Below, one piece after another: positions 19,317-28,600 of a stretch of 64,000 nt of DNA. Made by a program: the position numbers and the translations under genes. Origin of the DNA: a virus; IMG/VR virus record IMGVR_UViG_3300030108_004965, positions 32,001 to 96,000 of that record. One strand, written 5' to 3'. Below the pieces are notes generated by a model. The model saw nothing but the letters and a program-made list of their open reading frames with translations. It was not told where the DNA came from and did no database searches. The stretch's first letter is position 1. Every line of letters starts with the position of its first letter.

Positions 19317-20557
19317 TCGAACTCCAGCACAACTTCTTCATCATCGCTTGGCTCTATCAAAGAACTATCAAAGCCCAAGACTGAGTCTACAAATAATTTA
19401 TACAATTTTTCGTCTGAAAATTTAACTTTATTTATCTCTTGTAATTCTGTTGCAAGGTTTTTTGCTTCATCCCAGTTTTCATAAACTTTTCTAATTGATT
19501 CTTTATACGAGGATTCTTTTGCATTCGCCCATTGAGAATCAGCCTCTATTACACCTTGCCAAACAGCAGAAGGTTGGACTTGTTCAATTGTGAAACCAAC
19601 ATTAGTAAAATAATCTTTTCCTTCATGGGTTAAAAAATCTGTTTGACCAGACCAGCCAACGGTCACAACCGGAAGTGCCTCTCTCGACGCTTCAAACAAA
19701 GGTAATCCAAAGCCCTCACCGTGTGCAATGTTGACAAGTGCCTTTACTTTTTGGTTTGTATAGAGGCTGGCCATTTGTCCACTAGACAAATCCCCATGTA
19801 ATAAATGTACTTTACATTTTCGATCTTTATAATTGCTCAAAAGGTTTTTCAGAGAGTTCTCAGTTACTTCAAGATCCATGACTGAATTTCCTCTCATATT
19901 TGTCTTGATTATCAATCCAACATCATCATTCAGAAATTCTTCAACCCACCAACATATTGTGTTTTCAAAGTTTTTTCTTGGACTTATTTGAGAACACACA
20001 ACAAAATTGAAATCCTGTGGTGGATCAAAGCCCGGGATAGCCTCCGGAGTTGCTCTAGGGGTGGTTTCCCATACAACTTCGACAGGGGTTTCCAATTTAT
20101 AATCAGTCTCTTCTTTTGTTTGATTGTTGATTGCTTTAGCAACTGTTAACTCATAGGTTTCTTTTGCGTGGTTAGATACCACTAAAATTTTATCAACCTG
20201 TTCATTTCCTTTTTGGAGCCACTGTGGTGCAACACGATCAGTTTCTATGCCGGCTGTATATCCAATGTTAATAGGGCACAGTCTTTCAAATTCATTTGGG
20301 ATAGTAATCTGAAGGGAGATGTCTGGTTGTAACTCTTGTTGTTGTAACTTTATCTGTGTTTCTATTATTCTGGAGTCTAGCCAGACCCTAAATTCATCAT
20401 CTTCCCAAATCCAACCTGTTTGTCCCCAAGGGATTGGCTGAACGTAAATGTCAAACAAGTCTTCGCGAGATCTTAATGCTCGAATAGCAAACCTAGATTG
20501 TTCTCCGTAACCTGATTGACTTAAGCACGGTGCTCTTACAAATATCTTTTTTTTCAC
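19313..20557 (-). CDS. glycosyltransferase family 4
   Basis: SGYG, RKN, GEGFGLPLFEA, WSGQTDF. Confidence 0.85.
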   Translation of the reverse strand: MKKKIFVRAPCLSQSGYGEQSRFAIRALRSREDLFDIYVQPIPWGQTGWIWEDDEFRVWLDSRIIETQIKLQQQELQPDISLQITIPNEFERLCPINIGYTAGIETDRVAPQWLQKGNEQVDKILVVSNHAKETYELTVAKAINNQTKEETDYKLETPVEVVWETTPRATPEAIPGFDPPQDFNFVVCSQISPRKNFENTICWWVEEFLNDDVGLIIKTNMRGNSVMDLEVTENSLKNLLSNYKDRKCKVHLLHGDLSSGQMASLYTNQKVKALVNIAHGEGFGLPLFEASREALPVVTVGWSGQTDFLTHEGKDYFTNVGFTIEQVQPSAVWQGVIEADSQWANAKESSYKESIRKVYENWDEAKNLATELQEINKVKFSDEKLYKLFVDSVLGFDSSLIEPSDDEEVVLEFD

Positions 20558-21819
20558 GCTATCTCCTTAAAAGTGATTCCATTATAATCTTTTCTAGTGT
20601 CCCAAGACCCTTCTTTTTCGTAAATCTCCAACATTAAATCAACCCAAGTGCTTTTAAAGTTTTCAAAACCATAATTTTTATGGGCATGAGCGAGGCCATT
20701 CGTTCCCATCTCTCTTCTTTCTTCATCGCTCAAACTGTACATGTTGTTCAAAGCGGAGATCACATGATCTTTTGACAATCTGTCTTCGTAAATGTAGGGA
20801 ACCTCTTGAGATCCAATTATTGCTTTTGATGTTGGGAACAAAGGGATACCAAATGGACCATTGTCGCCAATAATCTGCTCTTGAAGACCACCTGTCATAG
20901 TAGCAATTATCGGAACCCCGCAGTATAAAGACTCCAAAGTGGAAAGGCCAAAACCCTCAGCGTCTGAAATGTTGATTGTTACATCAGACATATTATAAAA
21001 GACATTCATGTTGTCTTTAGGTATCTTTGCTGTTGAGAACAGTACTTCTCTATTGTTTAGTCCTAGATGCTCTGCTATGTGCAGCAGGTCTTGTCCGTGG
21101 CCATCTTTAGGGTCTGTGTGCATCAGCAACATAACTTTGCCACTAAGGTCATTCTCTTTTACCCATTCTCCCCACCACCATAGAAGAGAACCTGATTGTT
21201 TTCTTCTGGCATTTCTGTTATTCCAAAAAACAATAAATTTGTCGAGATCTTCTTCTGGAAGGTTATTTGATCTTAATTCTTTTTTCTGCTCTGGTGTTGC
21301 CGGTCTAAAAATTTTCGGATCTACTGCATGGGGAACGTAACTGCATGATACTTCGGGCGAGACAGTTTTTACAATGTCGTGAGTAACTTTAGAAATGCAA
21401 GCAATATGATCATTAGAATCATAATATTTTTTATTAAAGAACGGAAACGGATAATTATCCCAGACATGATAATAAACAATTGGACACAATGGTCTAATTT
21501 CATTCTCAATAGACCACAGCCAACCGTAAAATCTTGGATCCGTCATCATCCACAACATGTCTATTTTTTCGTTTCTTATGATTGATCTGATCATTTCTTC
21601 CGTACCGTAACCATCGACCGGTATTATTTTCCAATCTTCGTTATAGGGGTCCACGAGCCTTGGTGTATAATCTTTATGTTTCATAGCACCACCCAATGAA
21701 ATCACTTGAAACTTTCCAGAATCTAAAAGAGACTGTATTACATAACCTGTTTGTGTTCCAACTCCTGATGGACTTAGTGGGTGATCACTTAGAGTTAGAA
21801 TCTTTATTTTCTTAGACAT
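20554..21819 (-). CDS. glycosyltransferase family 4
   Basis: SGVG, NRNARRKQ, EGFGLSTLES...G.PII. Confidence 0.85.
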   Translation of the reverse strand: MSKKIKILTLSDHPLSPSGVGTQTGYVIQSLLDSGKFQVISLGGAMKHKDYTPRLVDPYNEDWKIIPVDGYGTEEMIRSIIRNEKIDMLWMMTDPRFYGWLWSIENEIRPLCPIVYYHVWDNYPFPFFNKKYYDSNDHIACISKVTHDIVKTVSPEVSCSYVPHAVDPKIFRPATPEQKKELRSNNLPEEDLDKFIVFWNNRNARRKQSGSLLWWWGEWVKENDLSGKVMLLMHTDPKDGHGQDLLHIAEHLGLNNREVLFSTAKIPKDNMNVFYNMSDVTINISDAEGFGLSTLESLYCGVPIIATMTGGLQEQIIGDNGPFGIPLFPTSKAIIGSQEVPYIYEDRLSKDHVISALNNMYSLSDEERREMGTNGLAHAHKNYGFENFKSTWVDLMLEIYEKEGSWDTRKDYNGITFKEIA

Positions 21820-21846
21820 ACGTATCCTTAATGTTATTTTACCTAT

Positions 21847-21875
21847 AATATAACACCAGAGAGATACGATGTCAA
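21847..21875 (-). promoter_or_regulatory. sigma70-type promoter heading the glycosylation operon
   Basis: minus strand TTGACA-N17-TATATT with TG extension and upstream T-tract. Confidence 0.75.
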
Positions 21876-21893
21876 GAAAAAAATAAAAAAATT

Positions 21894-22316
21894 TTAATTT
21901 ATTTTAATAATAGTGGGTGTAGTGCCCAATAATTGGGGAATTTCCACAGATAAAAGACCGTTAATAAAGGTCGCTTTTGCTCTTGGAAGGTCAAGTTTGT
22001 TCTGATAATCAGTAAACACCTTGGAGAAAGACCGCTTTGCAATCCTTCTATTGGCTTCTTTGCTTTGATTTACACTATCGCAAGAAATTTTGATGTTATT
22101 GTCTTGAACTTCAATGTTTATATCATCCTCCGAGAATCCGGCAAGAGCCATCTGGATTACTTGGCTTCCGTCGTCATTTTGAAAGATGTCGGTTACAGGG
22201 TAACCTTCTGTTGATCGCTTAATGTATGGTCGAGGATCATTAAAAAATTGATCAAATAGTTGATCGAACGCGGTTCTACCCAATACCGCAGGGGTTCTCA
22301 TTATTATATTAGTCAT
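21894..22316 (-). CDS. small heat-shock protein (Hsp20/IbpA-like)
   Basis: YPVTDI, MALAGFSEDDINIEV, IAKRSF..F, A.F.NGLL.VEIP. Confidence 0.9.
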   Translation of the reverse strand: MTNIIMRTPAVLGRTAFDQLFDQFFNDPRPYIKRSTEGYPVTDIFQNDDGSQVIQMALAGFSEDDINIEVQDNNIKISCDSVNQSKEANRRIAKRSFSKVFTDYQNKLDLPRAKATFINGLLSVEIPQLLGTTPTIIKIN

Positions 22317-22323
22317 TATATTT

Positions 22324-22374
22324 CTCCTAAATTAGCAAGTTTTTGACTTATGTATGGCCCAGTTGGCGCCATAC
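22324..22374 (-). promoter_or_regulatory. ROSE-like RNA thermometer in hsp20 leader
   Basis: mRNA CUUGCU-AAUUU-AGGAG: UUGCU pairs with SD leaving a bulged G; upstream hairpin GUAUGGC-N9-GCCAUAC. Confidence 0.55.
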
Positions 22375-22394
22375 TATAATTATAATCGCAAAAT

Positions 22395-23168
22395 TTATTT
22401 GCAATGTTCTGTTTGATAAAATTCACATTTAGAGCAGGATTTCCTGTTTTTTACTTTTAATCCTGCCTTGATAGATCTGCATCCATCTGTTAAAAGTTTC
22501 ATAGCATTATTGGTCTTTCTTGTTCCGGAAGTTACTCGAAATATTTCAACCCGATCTTTTTTAGCCGTTCTTTTTAGGAGACCAAAATGAGTCTCAACAT
22601 TTTTTGGATCAATACCATGTTTCTCACAGAAAAACTTCTTATACAGGGTCAACTGATAGGTCACAAGACGTTCGGATCTCTTTTCAGCATCCCAACCCCA
22701 TGAGCAACTCTTCCAATCCAAAATGTGATACTTACCGTCCTCAGTTTTGATTACTAAATCTATAAATCCTTTGAGGTGCCACTTGTATTTTAATTCTCCT
22801 ATTGTTTGGTAAAGTTTTTCTTCCGTCGAAAAAACTTCATAAGATCCAAAGTGCTTTTTAAGTTGTGGAAAAACAGAAGGGGAAATTTCTCTCCCCTGCT
22901 GTCGCATATCTTTGATCAATTGGTTGTCGGGTTTTTCTTCCAGTTTCTTTAGTTCAACAAGAAATGCTAAATCAAAATGCTCATCGTAGTCAATCGGATC
23001 TAATTCGCCTTTTGCTATAAATTCACATACACTGTGGATTGCAGTCCCAAATGCAGTGAAAGCATTACCGGTAAACCCGTTAATGCCATCTATGTATTTT
23101 AGTTTATGTTTGAATGGGCATTCGGCCCACGTTTTCAACTCTGAAAACGAAATGTGTTGTTTTGTCAT
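22395..23168 (-). CDS. PD-(D/E)XK nuclease (Cas4/RecB-like, Fe-S)
   Basis: ISFSELKTW.ECP, KGFIDL, ILDWKS, QL..Y, C-terminal CSKCEF...C. Confidence 0.85.
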   Translation of the reverse strand: MTKQHISFSELKTWAECPFKHKLKYIDGINGFTGNAFTAFGTAIHSVCEFIAKGELDPIDYDEHFDLAFLVELKKLEEKPDNQLIKDMRQQGREISPSVFPQLKKHFGSYEVFSTEEKLYQTIGELKYKWHLKGFIDLVIKTEDGKYHILDWKSCSWGWDAEKRSERLVTYQLTLYKKFFCEKHGIDPKNVETHFGLLKRTAKKDRVEIFRVTSGTRKTNNAMKLLTDGCRSIKAGLKVKNRKSCSKCEFYQTEHCK

Positions 23169-23833
23169 TAGTCCTCCAAATGAACAAGTGTGTCAATTAC
23201 CCCAAACAAAACAGGGCTTAATTGCTTTAATAATTCTTTGTCTCCAATAAAATATTCCTCAAAACCTCGAGCAAAATATTCACTTACAGATGTCGCTGCG
23301 TATCCAGACACAAAGATGTTTGCGACTATTTGATTAAGGATTTCATACCCGATTGTCTTGTAGAGAAAATCATCTATCTCTCTGTTATAATCAATGTCGC
23401 TCAAAAAGTTTTTTGGTACATCGTACATGTCTTGAATTATTGTATGTAGATTTTTTCTTTTTGCTTTGAACTCTCTCTGTAGGCTTCCTGTTCCATAAAT
23501 TATTTCTTCATTATTTTTTTCAACTGCGTGAGCCAATTCGTGTATGATGTCATCAATCATATCCATTTCATCGTCCTGATCATTAGTTACATAAATCGCG
23601 CCATCTTCGTAGTAGGCATTGATTTCTCTTTTCTTCATTTCCGGAAACTGTCCTACATAAATTATGTCAACATTTCTTGTAAAAGAAAATGGAACTCTTG
23701 CACTTATGTAGTTAAAGACAAAGTCAGGGTCAACATCATCTGGTAACCTATCTTTTATGTAAACATCTACACCACTGAGATTATACATGTCTTTCATTCT
23801 CCTACCTTTTTTGGCTGATTCTTCAATCCACAT
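23168..23833 (-). CDS. HExxH zincin-like protein
   Basis: IIHELAHAVE and downstream SEYFARGFE third-ligand motif. Confidence 0.6.
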   Translation of the reverse strand: MWIEESAKKGRRMKDMYNLSGVDVYIKDRLPDDVDPDFVFNYISARVPFSFTRNVDIIYVGQFPEMKKREINAYYEDGAIYVTNDQDDEMDMIDDIIHELAHAVEKNNEEIIYGTGSLQREFKAKRKNLHTIIQDMYDVPKNFLSDIDYNREIDDFLYKTIGYEILNQIVANIFVSGYAATSVSEYFARGFEEYFIGDKELLKQLSPVLFGVIDTLVHLED

Positions 23834-23860
23834 AAGTTTTATTCCTTGTTAATTATTATC

Positions 23861-23889
23861 AATATAACATAGGGGAAGAAGTTTGTCAA
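23861..23889 (-). promoter_or_regulatory. sigma70-type promoter
   Basis: TTGACA-N17-TATATT with TG extension. Confidence 0.7.
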
Positions 23890-23890
23890 A

Positions 23891-24310
23891 TTATTTATTA
23901 GTCTTCATAATCCAATCAGCAATTGGCAATACCACATTCCAGTTTTGATTTGGGTTTTTCATGTGATGCTTCCAATGCCAGTTTTGGTATTTTTTTGCCC
24001 ACGACGGATTCCTATGTCCTAAATTGTGCAAGATAATAAAAGCTATTGCATAGACAACTGTAGCACAATAGAACATAGGACTAATAAGGATAATAGGCAA
24101 ATGGACAGCGCTAAGGAATAATAAGCCAATTGTTTCCCGCCTAGAAAATTGATTATCGTAGAAATTATTTTTGATACAGTCTGCATGGTGTTCCCTCAAA
24201 TGAAATGCCCAAAAACTACCTCTTTTTTTTCCGAGTTCATGAAATAATTTCTTGTGAACCCACCACTCTAAAAAACTTGCATAAACTGTTCCAAAAATAA
24301 ATCCTATCAT
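23891..24310 (-). CDS. fatty-acid hydroxylase / sterol-desaturase superfamily membrane protein
   Basis: His boxes EWWVHKKLFH, HLREHH, HNLGH, HWKHH; hydrophobic segments. Confidence 0.8.
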   Translation of the reverse strand: MIGFIFGTVYASFLEWWVHKKLFHELGKKRGSFWAFHLREHHADCIKNNFYDNQFSRRETIGLLFLSAVHLPIILISPMFYCATVVYAIAFIILHNLGHRNPSWAKKYQNWHWKHHMKNPNQNWNVVLPIADWIMKTNK

Positions 24311-25650
24311 AATAATTTAGCGGCGGCGGTAGCCAACTTTGAGCGCTCTCCTTTTCTGAATGTTATGTGACCCGCCAGTTCGCTTTCTTTGAACTTCTCA
24401 ACAGCATATGTCAAACCGTTGCTTGTTTCGTTTGTGTAAACATTGTCAATTTGCTCGATGTCCCCAGTTAAAACAATCTTTGTGTTCTCGCCAATTCGAG
24501 TGATAATCGTCTTGACTTCGTGTGCCGTTAAGTTTTGGGCCTCATCTATAATTACAAACGCATTAGAAATTGACCGGCCTCTTATGTAAGTTAATGCCTC
24601 TACCTCGATTTTCCCTTTCTCCACATAAGCCTCTAACATCGTTCTATCGTCTCCCATGAGGTGACGGATGTTATCCTGAATGGGCTTTAACCACGGTAGC
24701 ATTTTTTCTTCCATTGTGCCGGGGAGAAACCCTATGTCTTTCCCTAAGGGCTGTACCGGTCTAGAGATGATAATTCGGCGATATTGGTCCCCTTTACCGC
24801 CCAGACCCTGCTCTAATCCAGCAGCAATGGCCATCAGCGTTTTTCCAGACCCCGCTTTACCGATCAAAGAGACCAAAGGGATTTCATCGTCGAACAAAAG
24901 ATCGAACGCAAAGGACTGCTCTTTGTTTCTAGGGTGCACTCCCCACATCAATTCATTTTTTAAATCTCTTATGTGTCGCAAAGGTTTTGAATACTCAGTA
25001 AATCTAGACAAGGCCGTCTTTTTTTCATTACTTGAAGCAACCAGCATAACAAACTCATTTGGGTAAAGTTTTATATTTTGTTCTATGCACAGTTCTTCAT
25101 CCAAATATACATCATCTCCGAGGTAAAATTGGTTCACTTGTTCTTCATCCACAAGAAGTTTTGTAAAACCTTCATAGATTTTATCAGCATCATCAACAAC
25201 TTTTGAATTTGAATAATCTTCGGTTAACAAACCAAGAGAATCCGCCACAACCCTCATATTGATATCCCTAGATACCACTATTGTTTTTCTTTTTGGATTT
25301 TCTGTTTTAATTGTTAATGCTGTTGCAAGAATGATGTGATCAGACATCTTGTGAGACAGGTCTCTTGGAAGCTCGTTAAAGGCTATTTCAGACGCTTTAA
25401 TTACACGAAGCACTCCTAACCCCTTTGCGATACGAACACCTCTAGAAAGGCTACCAGCGAGCCTCAGAGCATCAAAGTTTCTTATTGCTTGTCTAGCATG
25501 GTGACCGACAGAGTCCTGTCGCTTCTTGTGGAGGTCAATTTCCTCAAGGACTTTTAGTGGAACAATTATGTCATTGTTCTGGAATTTATAGATACAATTT
25601 GAATCTGTTAGAAATACACTTGTATCTATAATAAAATTCTTTTTAGCCAT
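24307..25650 (-). CDS. PIN-domain + PhoH ATPase (PhoH2/YlaK-like)
   Basis: IIDTSVFL, VLEEID, DHIIL, SRDINMRV (PIN); GKAGSGKT, GFLPG, RGRSI, IIDEAQN, GDIEQ (PhoH). Confidence 0.92.
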   Translation of the reverse strand: MAKKNFIIDTSVFLTDSNCIYKFQNNDIIVPLKVLEEIDLHKKRQDSVGHHARQAIRNFDALRLAGSLSRGVRIAKGLGVLRVIKASEIAFNELPRDLSHKMSDHIILATALTIKTENPKRKTIVVSRDINMRVVADSLGLLTEDYSNSKVVDDADKIYEGFTKLLVDEEQVNQFYLGDDVYLDEELCIEQNIKLYPNEFVMLVASSNEKKTALSRFTEYSKPLRHIRDLKNELMWGVHPRNKEQSFAFDLLFDDEIPLVSLIGKAGSGKTLMAIAAGLEQGLGGKGDQYRRIIISRPVQPLGKDIGFLPGTMEEKMLPWLKPIQDNIRHLMGDDRTMLEAYVEKGKIEVEALTYIRGRSISNAFVIIDEAQNLTAHEVKTIITRIGENTKIVLTGDIEQIDNVYTNETSNGLTYAVEKFKESELAGHITFRKGERSKLATAAAKLL

Positions 25651-28600
25651 CTCTTCCCCTGAGCATCTGCTCGATTATTGGTTTTAATTTATTTACTAGT
25701 TGCTCTTCTATACTTTCTCTTCCTTCAAGTGCTGCCTCTAGAGGATCTTTTTTATCGTCCTTCATAATTTTATACAAAGTTCTTATTTTTTGACTTTTAT
25801 TTTTTTCTTGACCTATAGAAATGAACTCTATTATAATATTGAATTCTGAATTTTTAAACTCTGCTATTGATTCGGTTTTTATTTCGCCCATCAAAACAAT
25901 CTGACCGACAACTGGTACGATTTCTGATATCATTTCCATCTCAGTATTTTTATTTTCTTGATAATAAAAATTTAAAGGCTCATCAGAAAGGCCAGCTTCA
26001 TTGTTATAATCCATCACAGCCTTAAAAATTCCTAAAAGTGAATCTTCAATTTTTTTATTTGCTTGTGTTTGTTCTTCCGGTTTGACATATGCTGTTGAGG
26101 AAACGAAAAGCGTACGAAGATCACTTGAAAATCTTTGTTTTATCTCTTCGATTTCATTTTGTGGCTCATCATCATCAACGCCCAATGCTTTATCTAAAGA
26201 ATCAACATAATCTTCTTCACCTGCGGGGTTTAAAGATGAGGAAAGATCATCATAAAGATCTACAAAGGTATTAGCCATTCTTTTTACATTCCCAAATACT
26301 TTGTTACTCAAATCTTTTGTTAAAGTACTGTAGGTATCTTTCAATTTATCAAATTTTTCTTGATAATCCCTGATAGAATCCGCTAAATTTTCTTCCAATT
26401 CCAAATCTTTGGATACAGAATTTTCATCCTCCACGAAGGACTTAAGTTTTTCATATACTTCTTTTTTATCTTCTAAGAACTTCCCTATGTCTCCAATCAA
26501 ATCTGGGTCTTCAAAATCATCAGATACCGCTGTTGGATCTTCGATCGGTGTTGCATAATCTCCTAAATCTGGGCTCCAATCTTCTAGTTTTTCATAAGCA
26601 CTTAGGAATTTCTTTAGGGCATCACTGGTTGGCTTGTCCATCCCAGCATCATATAACGAGATAACCTCTTCAATTTCATCAATAATCTCTTTCTTGTATT
26701 TTCCAATATCTTCATTTAGTGCCATCTCTCGAGTATAAGCAATGACAAGTTCATCAATCTCTTTGTTTGTCTTTAGCTCATCGCTTTCAAGTCTTTCGAT
26801 CAAATCCTTAAGATTATTGATTTTTGCTTCATACTTTTCAAACTCATCTTGAATTTCTTGTGGTGATAACTGCGGTTCATCAGAAAGCTCTGGTTCTACT
26901 TGATCTGTTGTCAAGGTATTTTGTTCCGGATTAGCGTCCTTCATAATTTTCTTGTCTTTTTTGGTGATCTTTGAAGGAATGTCAAACTTGTCCGCTATTA
27001 TGCTTGCCAACTCTTCTAGAGAAAGTGCTGCATCGCTGATTTGTTGAGGAGCAATTGACTGATCTTTGACTGTCATAAAGATGTCTCGCAAAACTTTAGA
27101 GAAAACTTTGATACTGCTTTCTAATTCTTCGATTGCATCATTCAAAGAAACTATTTGACCACCAGAACTAAGTCTTGTTCTAGGGAAATAAGGAACAATC
27201 TCTTTCGCCAAATCATACATTTCTTTGGCAACTTGCTTTGCTTTCGCATCGTTCCCAGATTCCATAGAAGGCTTTAGGCTTTTTACATATAAATTGCCAG
27301 TTTTATTAAAGAAATTCTCTACATTCCTGATTTTTTCTTTTCTGTCCACGTCACCTTCTTGTTCTTGGAGTTCCACTCCTTCGCCTGCTTCTGCTTCATA
27401 CTTCTGGTATGCTTTCAATAATTCATGCACAAGTCTTGCAAGGTGTGTTTGTACGTGACCCAAGATTGTATTTAGTGATTTTTCTAAACTTGTTCCATCA
27501 AATCTTTTGTTGGCGCTTGTTCTTGTTGCAGACTTTTCATATTCTTTTGCAATTCTTTTTGTTCTTGTAAGAAGATCTGCCATTGCTGATAGTTCTCTTT
27601 TAAGGGTAACCTTTTCGTTTCTATTGAACTCAAATTCTTCAACGGGGGCACTATCTCCTTGGACTCTTCTTTTCATCTTGTTTATTCTAGATGTAATGTC
27701 ATCGGAGGTATCCGAAAATCCTTTCTTAAATGCTTCTTTGCCCTTCTTGACAAGATCACCTACTGCTTCTGGTAATTCCTTAGGTTCAGTTGAGGGTTCT
27801 GTGGCTTCCTCATCTGGAGCCGGTGATTCTGGTCTTTCTGCTCTTGAGGGTTCAGCGTTTGTTAGCGCCGCTTGCTCTCCATCCGAGTCTCCCATTTTTC
27901 CTTTAATAATATCATCAAGATTTTTTACTAAATCGCGCAACATCATTCCTTGCGCAGATAGAAAAATTTGTTTCATAAAAGATGAGCCTTCTCCTTGCCC
28001 ATAGAAATTATCCATCTGTTTGTAAATGGCTTCACCATATGCTTCGGCTGTTACATTTGGTGAATTGTCGCTGAAGTCTTCTTCAGGGTCTGCTTCGTTC
28101 TCTGCTTGTTCGACTTCTTGCTTTTGTTCATCTTTATCTACTTCGAGTTCATTCCCCCCAGTTGTCACTGTTTGGTCTGTTTGAGGATCTTTGTCCTTGT
28201 CATCATCCGTGCCGGTATCTGTGCCTGTACTAGAGTCTAGGGCTGGTCTTATCAGAGCAAGTTCTTGTTTAGCAAAAACTTTCCTGAACTCTGCTTGTGC
28301 TTCTTCATCTTTGATGAATCTTATAAGAGCCTGAATAGACTCATCGCCTAAAGTTTTCCAAAGCCATTTTTTACCTTCTCTGAATTGTTTTTCTGGAACG
28401 CTTGTGTCTCCGAATTCGTATTCATTCAGTCTTCCATCTCCAAATGGTTGCTCGAGGAAATAGATGAAATAGGCGAGAGCCCGTCTTGTTACCTCATCAT
28501 TTACTAGATCAAACAAAGGCCTGTATTTTTGCTTTCCTATGACTTTTTCCGCATTTTGTTCTGCTTCGGTCGGCTTGAAATATTCTTCATTGCCATCATC

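Noticed and set aside
22352-22374. GTATGGC-N9-GCCATAC as a CIRCE (HrcA) operator
   Set aside because: Spacing matches but the arms do not resemble TTAGCACTC; better explained as an mRNA hairpin.
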